Part shown: piece by piece, positions 32,348 to 50,340 of the stretch
How the letters are laid out: each line of letters opens with the position of its first letter
How positions within the stretch are numbered: position 1 is the stretch's first letter
Assembly: GCF_009914755.1 (NCBI RefSeq)
Contig: NC_060928.1
Reading direction: 5' to 3' (one strand)
From: the human T2T-CHM13v2.0 reference genome, Homo sapiens
DNA length: 64,000 nucleotides
Program-made: the position numbers and the translations under genes
The notes under the pieces: model-generated
The model's input: the letters and a program-made list of their open reading frames with translations, nothing else
Databases searched by the model: none
What the model was told of the DNA's origin: nothing

Positions 32348-33379
32348 TCATGTTAGCACATGAAACAGGGACATTCATAAGTAAAGCTGTAGGAAGAAAC
32401 ATTAGACATTTCTATACTGGGTATCTTTCTCCCTACAAAGCTTCATTATACTCACTTCATGGTACTTTGAAGTCATTGCTTTATAGGGTCTCTTATGCTG
32501 AGTTACTTACTTGCTATATCACATTTGATTAATTTTGGAACTACTTTATGTGAAGAAGGCTGCCATAATAAAACTCAAGCCAATCTTTTCCAATGATGAC
32601 AAGTCATGAACACTGGCAGGTATAGATGAATGTCAGGACCTCATGGTATCACAGGTTGTTCCCTAAGAATGATTTTTTCCATCGGAAATCAATACCAGTC
32701 AAGCTTCAAGTGCTGCTATTTTTCTGAGATTCAAATGTTGACTTCCGACCATTCTTTTACTGTTTTTAATATGATCAGTACAATGCTGAAGGAGGTAGAC
32801 AAGACTTTGCTAATGGTTCAGAAATGGCAAAAGATAAACAGCCCAAGAAAGTATCAAGATAAATGTAACTTCACTTCATGATACATGCAGTAACTTACTT
32901 ACTTGGCCCCTGGAGAACTCTCTCTACCCAGCAGCAGTGGTTACATAGTCATACCTTAAAGTGTGTTAAAACTCATATCCAAGAGAATAGGACCCAGAGG
33001 TTCTTAGTTAAACCCTTGTAGTAGGTAGAATTACGGCCTTGAAAGATGTTGATGTCCTAACATACAGCATTTCTGAAAATTTTACTATACATGACAGCAG
33101 GGAATTAAGGTTGCCAGATAGAATTAAGCTTACTAATCAGTTGACTTTAAGATATAAAAGATTATCCTACATTATCTGAGTAGGCCCAATGTAATCATAA
33201 GAATCCCTTAAAATAGAAGAGGGAGGTAGAATGAGAAGTCAGAGTCAGAGAGTGATTTGAAAAGGCTGTGGAGCTGTATTTGAAGTTAGAAGAAGTGGCC
33301 ACAATATAAAGAATGCAACTGATCTCTTGAAGTTGGAAAAGGCAAGAAACAGAATATCCCTTATCACCTTCACAAGAAA

Positions 33380-37780
<4,401 letters not shown>

Positions 37781-38360
37781 AAGAAATGCAGCCTGCTGAC
37801 ACTTTGGTTTTAGCCCAGTGAAATCCCTTTTGGACATCTTATCTCCATAACTGTATGACAATAAATTTGTGATGCTTTGGGCCACTATGTTTGTTTTAAT
37901 TTGTTACATTAGCCATAGGAAATGAATGTAGCCTCCAAATATTTTGTTGATGATTAATACCAAAAATATTAAAGTCTCTTGAAAGAGAAGGCTCTCCAAC
38001 AGAGGATTAAAGTTATCCTCTAAAAAATCACACCAGAATGCAATAAAATAAATATAATTTTAAACAAGATAAAGACAGCAATCTAATATGATTTTCCCCC
38101 TTTAAATTATTTACCATCTCATCTATTCTTACAGAATTTTCTCAAAAATAATTGACCATTTAAAACAAAAAAAAATAAAAATTATTTAGATTTATTGTGT
38201 ATGTCCTAGAAATCTGGCTTTCCTCCCTTCTGGTATGGTAATAGGGTTTACTATGGGAAATTTACAAACTCTTCAACTAAAGTAAAAACTTAATTTGTCC
38301 TATGATATTGTAAGGTACTTATAGTTTAAAATACACACAAACACACATTTCTGAGATATA

Positions 38361-38467
38361 CATTAAATATAAAATATTTCATATTTTATATTTAATAAAA
38401 ATATATTTTATTTTTATTTATTTATTTATTTAATAAAAATATAAAATAAAATATTTTATATTTAATG
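38361..38467. repeat. AT-rich quasi-palindrome
   Basis: Perfect 16-bp stem 38362-38377/38381-38396 (loop ttc); the same left arm also pairs with 38449-38467. Confidence 0.85.
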
Positions 38468-40779
38468 ATATTTGTTACTTTTTAATATTTTGATAATTAT
38501 ATATGTATATATTATGCTTCTTTGTATCGGTCATTATGCTTCACCACCTCAAAACAATCAAAATTCTTATCTCATTCCAATGTCAATGAGCTCAGATTGA
38601 CTGAAATTTCATGTCTGCCTCTCTAGAGTCTAATGATGTACCTGCCATATAATTCCTGCTACATAATTATTGTTGGCTTAATTGACATTAAATACTGTTG
38701 AATTGGCTCATAGCACTTTACAATTTATAACAGGTCTGAGACAGAGCTTTTATAGACCAGAAACTCTTTTCAGATAATTCAGGCATTATGAGTACACCTA
38801 GGCAAAGTAGTACTTACATATTTACCATATTAATATGCTTGAACAATAAAAGACAAAAATATCTGTAAGCAAAGTTTTAAGAACAAGAATGATTTATCTT
38901 AGAATACATTAAAATGGATTTGCAATAAGACTTTACATTGAACATTTGGTTATTTTTAACTGTTTTTCATTTCTTTGTGCTGTGTTCTAGAGTAACTTTT
39001 CATTCATATTTTATTTCTAGAACTATAAAACGTAAATTAGTTTAATCAGTACACTCAATGGACTAATTAGTTATAGATACTTTCAGGACATTTAAAACTA
39101 AAAATACTACAACTAAAAAAGTGAATATACTATAAATTATATTCGAGGACTGTTATTAAAGGAAATAAAAGCTCTTTAAAATAAACAGACTCTTTGGCAG
39201 TTGAAACACATGGGTTTCATCTTAAATTACTATTTGGTTTAACCGAATTAATTTTTCCAAGTAAAATAATGACTTGGCTGATATAATGCCCCCTAAGTTC
39301 TCATTTGCTATTTTCAGTCCTTGAACATTTCAAGGTCTACAAGTCTTACAGGAATCTGACATCAAATTATTGCATGGCCAAAAGCAGGTAAAGGTGGCCT
39401 GGGAAACATAGAGCAATTTGATTCAAATCTATACGTAATGCTGTGGCTTTAAACATTTGCATAAAATTAATAAAGCCAAATTATTTTAGATTAAACATTT
39501 CTTACTTTACCTACTGGTTGCTTCTCCACACTTTGTAACTCTAGGTCCCACACACAATGAGATAAAAGTAGGACCAAAATATTTCAGAAAGAGAGAATTT
39601 ATTCTCTGTGCTCATAACCAGTCCATGAACAAACCAATTAAAGAATGCACTAGTAGGGACAAGTGTTGCCCCCCCCCCTTTTTTTTTTTTTTCTGAAGTT
39701 GCCGCTGTCCAACATTGAGTCACTCACAATCACACACAGCAGGATGCAAACAGCTGGGGCTCAAGGCAGAGGGCACCAGATTTACCCACACAGAAGCCAC
39801 CATTTAAGCAAAATAGGTGATCTGAAGATATTTACAGTGGTTGAGATCTGGGAATGTAATTAGAAGATGTGGGACCATGTCTGCTACAAAAATGGCAGTG
39901 AAATGTGAAATGAAACTGATAACTAATGCCATTGTAAAGTACTCATGTTGCTATTCATAATATTTTTCTTAAAAATGCAGACAATATTAGTAGAAAGGCA
40001 TTAAATTGGGATTCTGTGTATTGGTGTGTGTCTTGGCTCTTGGCTTTTGGATCTATCACTGAGTAATTTGGGTAGGTATTTAAACTTCTCTGAGTCTCAT
40101 GAGAACACTGAAAACTAATTCTCAGAGTTGGATTTTTTCAAAATCTGGAAATATTTTCTAATTATAGCAGTGACCTAAGAAGCACAGCTGGTTTTCAATG
40201 GATTTTTTGCCATTACAAATGGAATAAACCTGCTTGGCTAGAGGGGTAAGAAGACATGTTATTTTGCCTCTACTTTTTGCCCTGTCTCAGAGACTAGAGA
40301 ATGGTGTACTCTTTTTGAGAGGGATAGAGTACAGTATTCTTCCTTTCCATCAGTATCTTTCTTTCTAAGATTATTTAGTGACTTCCATTTCAAAACAACA
40401 ACCACCATTGGGGTAGGAAGAAAAATTAAAGCAAAGAACTAGAATTGGCTCATTGCATTCTTGAAATGTGCTTTTCAAGAAAAAAAATAGTGAAGCAAGA
40501 GCCAAAAGCATTCTAGAAGTGGTGCGAGCTGTGGCTCATACTTCTGAAATTTATATTTCTATGTATTACATAATGAGAAAATGGTTCCAGTTTTTATTCA
40601 GCAGGGCTGCTTTAAATAAATTTATTTTTGATGATGAATATGGGATTATTGTTGCATTTGGCATTTTCTGCAGCTGTAAATCTGAAAAACAGATTCTACT
40701 CAAAAACCCAACAGAAAGTGAGAAAAGCTGAGGGAAAGTCCTGTGTTATATCTCCCAGTCTGCATGTAAAGTGCATTTC

Positions 40780-40900
40780 AAATGCCAGTGTGCCTACAGA
40801 TCACCTGTGGATCCAGCTAAAATACAGATTCTGGGACACAGCCCAGCTCCTAGCAAGCTCTCAAGCCCTTGCTGTTCAGGACTATATCTTGAGTAGCAAG
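40780..40900. mobile_element. MER5A-like MITE, internally deleted
   Basis: gatcacctgtggatccagctaaaatacagattctggg...ttgagtagcaag. Confidence 0.65.
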
Positions 40901-41299
40901 ACAGTAAACTGCACCAAATGAGATAAACTCTGCTTAGAATAAATACACAGAAAACAAAAAAGAGAGTGCATGACCAAAAGATATTGTAGGATTAAATGAC
41001 ATAATACATGAAAAATACCTAACTTACTTCAGGAAAAAAAGATAGGAAGTTAGGAAGGAAGAAAATTGAAGAAGAAAGAAAAAAAGAGGGAACAAAAGAA
41101 GAGAAGAAAGCACAGGAAATCACATTAAAAAGACCAATAAAAATATGCTTGGGAAGAGAGAGAGAGAGAAAAAAAAAAAAGACAATCCAAGGGGTGGGGG
41201 CGGTGGGGAAGACAATCCAAGGGAAAAGGACTCCCTAAGGAGTGTTTCATTAAAGATTTGAAGTAGTTGTCCTTCTAAAGATTAGAAGTAATTCTGTGT

Positions 41300-41890
41300 A
41301 GTTGAACCTGCCTGGATTTGAAATCCAGCTCAGCCACTAGTTACTATATGACTTTGGCCAATTACTCAATGTCTCTGAGCTTCCATTTCTTTGCCCGAAT
41401 CAAGGGGATAAGGATAGCAACTTCTTAATTTGGTGTTCTGGGAAGTTAAGAAAGATTCTTGGAGACATTTAAAACAGAAACTGGAGCATTAAGTCTATCT
41501 GCAACTCCTTTGCTCATAACTTTCAATGGTTTCTCATATCCCTCAGTACAAAGCAAAATCCCTTGAATGGCTTCCAGAACCCTACGTGACCAAGCTCACT
41601 GCTATTTCTCCAAACATTCCCCTACTACACTTGTTCTTGCTCACTCACAAATGTCTAATATATCTAACTTTACAGTCCTAATGTCCTGTCACCAATGGCA
41701 CTCTGTATCTATGGTACCTTAATGTATAGACAACTTAACATATACTATGTGTGCCCTTGTTGATCATCTGTCTCCCTTTCACTAGAATATAAATTCTGTG
41801 AGGTTGGGACTTTAACTATTTGTGCCCTGCTATATATCTGGTACCTAAACAGTACCTAGGGCTCAATATATATTTGTTAAATGAATAAAT
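41300..41890 (+). mobile_element. MIR (about 41300-41490) followed by an L2 3' fragment
   Basis: ctgcctggatttgaaatccagctcagccactag; ctagaatataaattctgtgagg...gctcaatatatatttgttaaatgaataa. Confidence 0.8.
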
Positions 41891-41940
41891 TATGTGCATA
41901 AAATCAGTATCAAATTTAAAATAAAACTAAATTTCATGAC

Positions 41941-41943
41941 ACA

Positions 41944-41982
<39 letters not shown>
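41941..41982. repeat. (CA)n microsatellite
   Basis: Seen directly. Confidence 0.98.
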
Positions 41983-41984
<2 letters not shown>

Positions 41985-42035
41985 CTACTCAAGCACTCTA
42001 CCATTTCAACCTAACACATGCCTCTCATCTTACTA

Positions 42036-42091
42036 TTAGGGTAGTGCAAAAGTAGTGGCCAGAACCGTAGTTACGTTTTGCACCAACCTAA
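42036..42091. mobile_element. MADE1 (Hsmar1 MITE), internally deleted
   Basis: ttagggtagtgcaaaagta...ttttgcaccaacctaa TIRs with TA on both sides. Confidence 0.9.
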
Positions 42092-42619
42092 TAGATGTTT
42101 TATATACATTATTTCATTTAATTAAAGCAGCAGTACTGAGAGTTTTTAGTTCCCATTTTTCAGGTTGTCACTAATTCGTAGAATTGGGCCTGTGTGTTTC
42201 CAGCACACTCTGCTCATCATTAGGCCTTGCTTGATACATGCATTTGTCCTTGATCTAAAAATGATATAACATATCCCTTCTATAAATTTAGTCCAACTCA
42301 CACAAATATCATCCACTTATCTTAAAATGTACCCCTTGCCTAATTGTTGGCATTGTTTTGTCAGCAGAGATCCTAAACTGACATTGTGTCCTCTGGTTAT
42401 ACCTTCACAAATATACTTTCATTGAAAATACCTGAAAAATTGCAAAATTAAAAAAGCACTGGATTATTTTGCAATTGTTTAGATATTATGTACTTACTTA
42501 AAAAAAAGAACATTGTAAAACAGCAATTGAAATTTTCATGTGAATTATATAAGAGCAATGGTTTGGTAGAAAGACATTTAATTGTGATCCATTTTTTTTC
42601 CAGTTTATTAACACTCTTG

Positions 42620-43290
42620 GCATCCTCACTCTGATTTCATTTTGGCCCTTGTTCACTGACATGACAGGTCTAATGATCACGTGTCGGTATTCCAAGAGCT
42701 TCCTGCTTAACAGAATACTGCTATTTCTCAGGAATACTCCAGTCACCTCTCATCTACTAACCTTTCCCCTCACAACATTTATCACCAGTGACACTGACTG
42801 ATGAGCAGCATGATCTCCTGACCTCCAATTTATTAATGTTGATGGTCTTGACACTCTTTCTAGTCTCCCAGGCTCCACACAGCTGCCTAATATCATCAGT
42901 GGATCCTTACTTCCCAGAAATACTTTCCATTTCCTCACTCTATGACACGTATTACTTGTTCTCCTATCAAGCATGACCTGTCACTTTTTTTTTTCACTTA
43001 CCGCTCTTCAAAATCTTCAGACTCCCACCGCACTGACTTTTCTAGGTCATTCATTTAGTTACATATTGTTTGTCCCTCTTAAGGGGTCATTTTCTAGAAA
43101 AGGGATGCTCTTTTTGGTAGAATATCCTCATCAACCAGGTGAGAAATTCTCATCCCTTATGAAGGAAAAATTAACCTAATTGGAGCCTACACATCTTTTG
43201 TTTATGATAACTGTGTTCATGTCTTCACCTAATAATGGCTACTATTATTAATCCCATGTCTGTTTCTTAGAAGATTTAGCAAATCATGAT
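42620..43290 (+). mobile_element. L2, degraded
   Basis: Pyrimidine-rich; ctgacatgacaggtctaatgatcac and other L2-like blocks. Confidence 0.5.
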
Positions 43291-43399
43291 GCTAATAAAT
43301 ATATTGTTCTTGCAAACAATAATAAGTACCATTTATTGTTCACTATTTTTAAAAATAGAATAAATGAAGAAAGGAATAAACAATAATATTAATATTTAT

Positions 43400-43900
43400 A
43401 ATAATAAAAAGCCTTTCTTGAACACTTAACTTGTGTCAGAAACTGTCGTTAGTACAGTAAGTTATTATCTTACTTAATCATACCATCAGTATTGTGAGGC
43501 AAATTATATTACCACCCTTAGTTGGAAAACAAGGAAACTGAGACACAGTGAACCTTTCCACAATCACATGGCCGGTCACTGGCAGAAATAGAATTTAGTT
43601 CGGTGATTCAATAATCATTTTGAATTAACTAGCTTCATCTGACAAATCTCTTTCATAAAGGAAAAATAGTAATGACGATGATAATAAAGCAATATAAATA
43701 ATAAAACTAGTATCTCTTGTGCTAGGCAATGTTCTTTATACTTTACATACAGAGTCTTGCTTGTTTTAATTCTTAAAAACATCAGGGTGGTTATTATCAT
43801 CCCCATTTTATAGATCAGGTGATTGAAAATTAGAGATGTGAAGTATTTTTCTCAAGACAACAGGAGTAACTCTAGGCTGATCCATTTGCCATCTGAATGC
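43400..43900 (-). mobile_element. Two MIR copies
   Basis: aaggaaactgagacacag; ttatcatccccattttatagatcagg. Confidence 0.75.
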
Positions 43901-44072
43901 TTCCTTTGGTGCCACGTGGGTGTCTAGAACATAAATCTTTTCATTAAGGAAAACCTTTACTAGCAGTTGTAGCCGATGGGCAGTTCTATCAAACTAGAAC
44001 TGCAGGTAGAAATACATTTTCCTCATCTTTCCCTTAAATTCATTTTCCTCATCTTCCTCTTAAATAGACTTT

Positions 44073-44524
44073 AGGGTTTTATTTTCAACTCTTATTTTAG
44101 ATTCTCAGGGTACATGTGCAAATGTGTTACAAAGGTACATTGCATGAGGTTTGGAGTACGCTTGAACCCATCGCCTATGATGTGAGCATAGTACTCAATA
44201 GGTATTTTTTTTACCCCTTCCTTCCCTCTCCCCACTCTTTTTTCCCCACTGGCCATTGTTCCCATCTTTACATTCATGAGTATCCACTGTTTAGCTCCCA
44301 TTTACAAACTAGAACATGCACTATTTGGTTTTCTGTTTCTGCTTTAGTTGCTTTAGGATAATGACCTCCAGCTGCTTCCAAGTTGCTGCAAAGGACATGA
44401 TTTTGTTCTTCTTTTATGACTGTGTCATATTTCATGGTGTATATGACTACATTTTATTTATTCATTCCATTCTTCCAAAAAGACACATGGACCTGTAAAT
44501 TCATCACAGCAATATTGACAATAG
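44073..44524 (-). mobile_element. Short L1PA15/16-like insertion with an inverted 5' segment (44470-44524)
   Basis: Reverse 3' UTR (ggtacatgtgcaaatgtgttaca...gttgctgcaaaggacatga) joined to sense-strand ccaaaaagacacatg...atattgacaatag; putative TSD aatagactt/aatagattt. Confidence 0.8.
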
Positions 44525-44705
44525 ATTTCCTGATAGCAAGTGGTTTGTGTTATCTGTCAATGTAGCCCATATATTTCCTCAATAAATAGTTGTTGAATTA
44601 AATAGACTAAAGGAAAGGAAGCTTAGAAGGTGGAGTGCATAGACCAGGTTTCTAGGGCCAGATGGTAAACAAGAAAGGACTTTGTGCCCCGTTGTGTTCT
44701 GATGC

Positions 44706-46068
44706 TTTTTTCCATGATCACTTTCATGAATTTACAGATGGGGAATTAAAAACATGGAAAATATTTGTATGGTATTTTTGGATGGTTATTAGAAATCAGA
44801 ATATAACCTCTTAATTGACATTCCAGTATTTATTCCTTTATTACTAATCTACAATTAGCTATTGAACATAGCATTTCTCCCTTATTCATAAAATATTCAT
44901 CATTTTCATCTCTACTTTGTCTCCTTCAAAATGCTTTCTCCTCATTAGTCATAATAATGCATTCGCTTATTTGCAAAAGAATTGCTGTATTTATGTTAAA
45001 GTCTTAGAAAACAATAAGTCTTAGATGCATTGCCTAATTTTGAAAGGACACTTTTTCCTTAAATATTTGTCTATTTACAGTGGATAAAATAAATGAGTTT
45101 TTCAAGTATTCCAAAGAGACTTTTGCTCACTTGTCACCACTTGTGACCACATTGTGAAACAAGCACTCTGATTGCTTTACATTACCCAAGAGAATTAACC
45201 ATATCTGGAACTATGTTTTCATAGAAGAAAGATGTATAAATAATGTGTTTTATATCATCTTTACCTATTGTAAAGTGTAAATGCTTTGACTTAAATAAGT
45301 CTTCAAAATAAAACAAAGGGGAGTAAAAAGAGATAGATATAATCATAAAAACATAAATCCATGAATTAGAAGAAATAGCATAATGAATAAATAAAAATTG
45401 AGGCTGATGCCTTCAACAAAATTTTTAAAATATTGATACATGCTGCAACATGGATAAAATCTCAAAAACATTGTGCTAAGTAAAAGAGGGCAGTCACAAA
45501 GGACAACAAATTGTATGATTCCATTTATAGTAATTTTCCATATCAGAAAGTATGTCAGTAATTGCATGGGGCTAGAGGTGGGAATAAGATTGGCTGAAAA
45601 TGGTATGAGGGGTTATGGGTACTGGGGTTATGGAAAAGTTCCAAAACTGGATTTTGCTGAAAATTAAACAACTCAGTAAATATACTAAAAGAAATGCTGA
45701 CATGTACATTTAAAATGTGAAATTTTCACAATGTATATTATATCTCAATAAAGTTGTTTTTTAAATAAGACTAAAATATCTTAAGAATAGAAATCTTCTA
45801 GTATTTAAATGTAATTATATAAAAAATATATTTACCAAACCTCATTTTTTCCATGATCACCCTTTCATGAGTTTACAGAAGGAAAATTAAGGAAATGAAA
45901 AATATGTTTGTATGGTATTTTTCAATGGTCCAGAATGTAACCTCTTAATTGACATTGAAGTTTTTATTTACTATTAATCTGCAATTCGTTATTGAACATG
46001 ACATTTATCCTTTATTCATAAAGGATACATTTTTCCTCAGTTTTCAAGGAAGAATTACTATATTTATT
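44706..46068 (+). repeat. Diverged direct duplication: about 44706-44997 versus 45845-46068
   Basis: Collinear shared blocks tttttccatgatcac, tttgtatggtatttt, taacctcttaattgacatt, tattgaacat, ttattcataaa, aagaatt.ct.tattta. Confidence 0.9.
45420..45765 (+). mobile_element. L1ME-like 3' fragment
   Basis: caacatggataaaatctcaaaaacattgtgctaagtaaaag...tatctcaataaagttgtt. Confidence 0.85.
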
Positions 46069-47951
46069 TCTGTTTTTAATATGTAATTGCTTGCCTTGAT
46101 CTTTTTATTTTACAGTCATTACAATCAATTGCATCATCTAACAGCAATAGTTTTATCAGTCTTGTTAACATTTCACATTTCATTCTTCCTTAAAAATTGC
46201 CTGAATAATTAATCCATACATTCAGTTCAACAATCTCATTAAGAATATACCTGCGCTTACGGCAGCATGGATTCAGTATTTGATTTTCCTAATTGTATGT
46301 CCATATCTTGATATTCTCTCAGGGACAATTTGACTTCACATGTAGCTTTTACCAGTAGAATGGCATCGATTAACAATTATTATAAATCACATGAAGAAAG
46401 TTTGAATTAAATGTTAGTGTGCCTCTAGAGATAATACAACATAGAACACTAATGTATCTCCTCTATAGTCATTAGATAGTTATCTGGCACTGTATGTATC
46501 AGATGTCAGGGATGCTATAATAGCTAACACTCTTAGTGCTCTATAAGAGTAAGTAGTTCAACTGAGGAGGCAAACATACACACTGGAAAGTATAATACAA
46601 GGTGAAAATTGGTATGTTTAGGGTTCTTGCTGGGAGATTTAGGAGTTAACATTTTAGCAAGGCTTAGCCAAGATTTGGGGTCAAGGAGACCTCTCTTGAT
46701 AATGTCTTGCCTACAGTAAGTAGGGAAGAGTGCTTAGGAGTTAGTTAGGTGAGAAGGGGTGGGGACATTAATCCAAGTTGAGAAAAGCTGCATTTGGAGA
46801 AACTAGGCAGGATAGGAGCTCGACATCAGCAGGTCTGACTGACTGGAACAGAATAGTGAAGAGTTTGTGTTTGGAGATTGCCAAGAAAAGGACACTATTA
46901 TTCAGTTTCTATTGGGCCATGTCCAGGGACAATAACGGACCATGAAGAGAAAGGTAAGAGATACGTAAAAAAATGACTCATTGGATTAATTTGGATTAAT
47001 ATTTCACTAAATTTGTGAAGCGAAATATTACTCTCACTATAACTTAATATGTTTTCAAAGCTTTTTTTCATATGAGGATGGTAAAAAATCACAAGTATCT
47101 GGAATGATTTCTCTATTTTTGATGTATACTTAGCATGAGAGGACAAGAAAGTATCTGCTTTAGAACCTAAGAATAGACATATAGTAGAAATGTTTAAAAA
47201 TAACCCTGATTAATTTAATTGTTCAACAAATATTTGAGTTTTCATTATGTGGTAGATATTGAGCTAACATGAACACTCAGTGACGGACAATGTAGATTTG
47301 TTTCCCATTTTCTTAGAACTCATGGTCTAGTCTGTGAGAAAAAAAAAAAAAAAAAGAGCTTAGACAGATAATGTGTGCATCAGACCCCAGCAGGAAATTT
47401 CTCCCTAAGGGATGGGAAAGTTTCCTAGCAGGAAAGCAAAATGCTCACAAATTGCAGTGTTCACAGCTACTATGCAAGGTAACATGAATGCATGAGGCAA
47501 TTCAGGTGCCAATATACTTTTATTGCAATAATGATTAATTATGTTGTAGTAATACTGCTGTTTGAAATATAACACATGCCAAATAAAAAGTCAAATCAAA
47601 GCACGATCATTACTTGAAAAATAAATCCACTAGTATAATGGAGGATTATGAGGGAGACCTTTGAGAGACTATCACAGAGGCTCCGTGACCCCGGATCATT
47701 GAGATTACAGAACAGAAGTATATAGAGGCCCCAAAACTCACAATGATAGTAAATAATTACCACATTAATCAAAGGAAAAAAAGGAGAGTAGAGGAAATAG
47801 GTTTATATTATTTATCAGCTTAAGAAGGCAACTGAGAAAATAATAAAAAAACCACCTATCCTGGAAAATTATGAATACAAGCACAAAACAGACAAACAAA
47901 ACATTTTATACATTAAGAGGTTCAAAATAACAGCATTTATAATAAGTGGAG

Positions 47952-48258
<307 letters not shown>

Positions 48259-49523
48259 TAATAAGTGGAGAAAATCTAATAGTAAAAATAGTGACCTGGT
48301 TAGACAAGTATGGCAGATACTCTGGAATATTACACCACAGTTGAAACACTCCTGAACCAATTGCCTTTATCATAGCTGGGATGTTAGCAAAGTTTCTGTA
48401 GGAGCCTCATCATCTTAAGTTCTACCAGCTTTCTTCTCCTGAGACTGTTGGATTCTACTTGTTTTGTCATTTTCATAACGTCAGTAGCATTCGCCCAGCA
48501 TTTCTTTCTCATTCTGAATATTCCATGTGCCTTGTATCCTTATCTAAATTACTGTTAAATAAATACGTTAAATTCCTATTTATTAGTGATTAATAATGAC
48601 TTCTCTGCCCAGAGAAAATTACATCCTAAAGTGTATTACAGTCTTATGCTTAACACGGGAATACTTTAGGCAGAAGGGAGTAAAAGGAGGGAGATTTCTG
48701 GAGGTTGGCTCTATTTATGAAATCTGTAATCACCATAGCATGCAAGTGGTTTTGCACAAAACTATGCACGCACCCCTCCCTTTCTGATCATCTTTATGTC
48801 TTTATTTAATAGATGAAAGAAGTAAGGCTCAGAGGTTTAGTGAAGCTGAGAGACTGACTTTAGCAGTCTGCTTTCAGTTAATGTTTCTCTGCCCTACTGC
48901 ATGAGGCCTTCCTATTATTTTGAAAGCATTTCTGATTACACCTTACTCTTCAAATATGGTCCTCAGTGTTGCTGGCCCCAATCTTGTTCACCATCATTGA
49001 GATTTTCTCTCCTGTTCTGCTGCTTTGACTGCCAGGGACAAGGTCTATCTCCAGACAATTCCAGTTCTAACATTCTAGATCTGAAGTCAAATGTCTTATA
49101 TTTATATGTGTTACTGATAGAAAGAAATATTCAAAAGGAAATATGAATCAATCCTTAAGTGAAAAATCATGCAGTTTATATATTGCTTGGGGTTGGTATA
49201 ATTTAATTCAAGTCTGAGTCAATAACTAGTATTTTCCAGAAAATGACAAATAGCACAATAAAATCATGGCCATGAATTCTACCAACATTTAAAAAAAATT
49301 TAATATCAAATTATAGTTCACTGATTCTCCAACATTCATTTCATGTATAAACTGCTGCACTTAAAATTACTGATTTCTAAATGAGAATTGTATCAACATT
49401 TTGATAAAGTAAAAGACTTAAAATACTGTCTCAATGTCTAACCACTGATACCAGTAAAGACAGGGATTAGCTTTTAAACAAAGTAAGTCCTTGTGAATTG
49501 GCCGAGATTGTTTTTTTTGGGGA

Positions 49524-49623
49524 AAAGAAGGAGGAAGGAGAAAGAGAAGAGGAAGGAGAAGGAAAAGGAGGAGATGGAGAAGAGGAAGAAGAAAAAGAAG
49601 GAGAAGGAGGAAGAGGAGAAGAA

Positions 49624-49654
<31 letters not shown>

Positions 49655-49680
49655 GAGAGAGAGAGAGAGAGAGAGAGAGA
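49524..49680. repeat. Compound low-complexity tract: GAG/GAA-rich, then (GT)n, then (AG)n
   Basis: Seen directly. Confidence 0.97.
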
Positions 49681-49920
49681 CAACAATAAGATCATGAAAG
49701 CTTAAGTAATCGCTGATTTTATTTGGAATATCTGTGTTTACCTAAGTCCTACTTTGTCTTTTGCAGTAAGATTATTAATTTTTTAAGGTTTAAGGTTAAA
49801 ATCAACTGTCTCCTTGCACTTTTCACTATCACTGTGAAGTGTATCCTCATATAAATGATTTAGTGATTGCTTTCATGTCCATGTCTGCCTGTATTGATTA
49901 ACCTTCAAGATGGAGGCTAT

Positions 49921-50340
49921 TGTGTGTATGGCAGGCATTAACAGTGCTCACTGGAGATTTTTCTCCTTCTGGGTTCATAAGGATTATACATCCCTAGTCC
50001 TGTTAAGTTAGGACTGGTTATGGGATTATTTTAGCCAGTAAGTTGAACGTGGAGATGGCATATGTTATTTCTGGGCCAGAGTATTTAATCTCAAGCGTGA
50101 GACACTACAGCATTCTCTTCCCCTGCTGTGGATATCACGGATAGTAATGCAGGGATGGAATAGATATCGGGATGTCCCTAACTGAGTATGACATGCAGAT
50201 TCCCTATATTTAAAAAGAGCAATCTACTTTTAAAAAGAGCAAGAACAAGACAAAAGTTTTTCTTTTATTATTTTGTGGGGTTTTTTTTTTTTTGCTTTGT
50301 ATATTTAAATACTTTTCTATTGTTTAGGTTACTCTAACAG
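49921..50340 (+). mobile_element. Old MaLR LTR (MLT1I/J-like)
   Basis: aagttaggactggttatgggattattttagccagtaag...tttctgggccagagtatttaat...ttctcttcccctgc. Confidence 0.6.

Noticed and set aside
40195-40235. ggattttttgccattacaaatggaataaacc resembling a MADE/mariner core
   Set aside because: No TIR ends or TA target sites; too short to call.
44015-44066. Short tandem duplications (also near 22245, 29022, 50208, 61198)
   Set aside because: Typical replication-slippage duplications. Two copies only, not CRISPR-like or functional arrays.
49474-49705. Charged or low-complexity ORFs (also at 61454-61805)
   Set aside because: Translations of purine-rich microsatellites.
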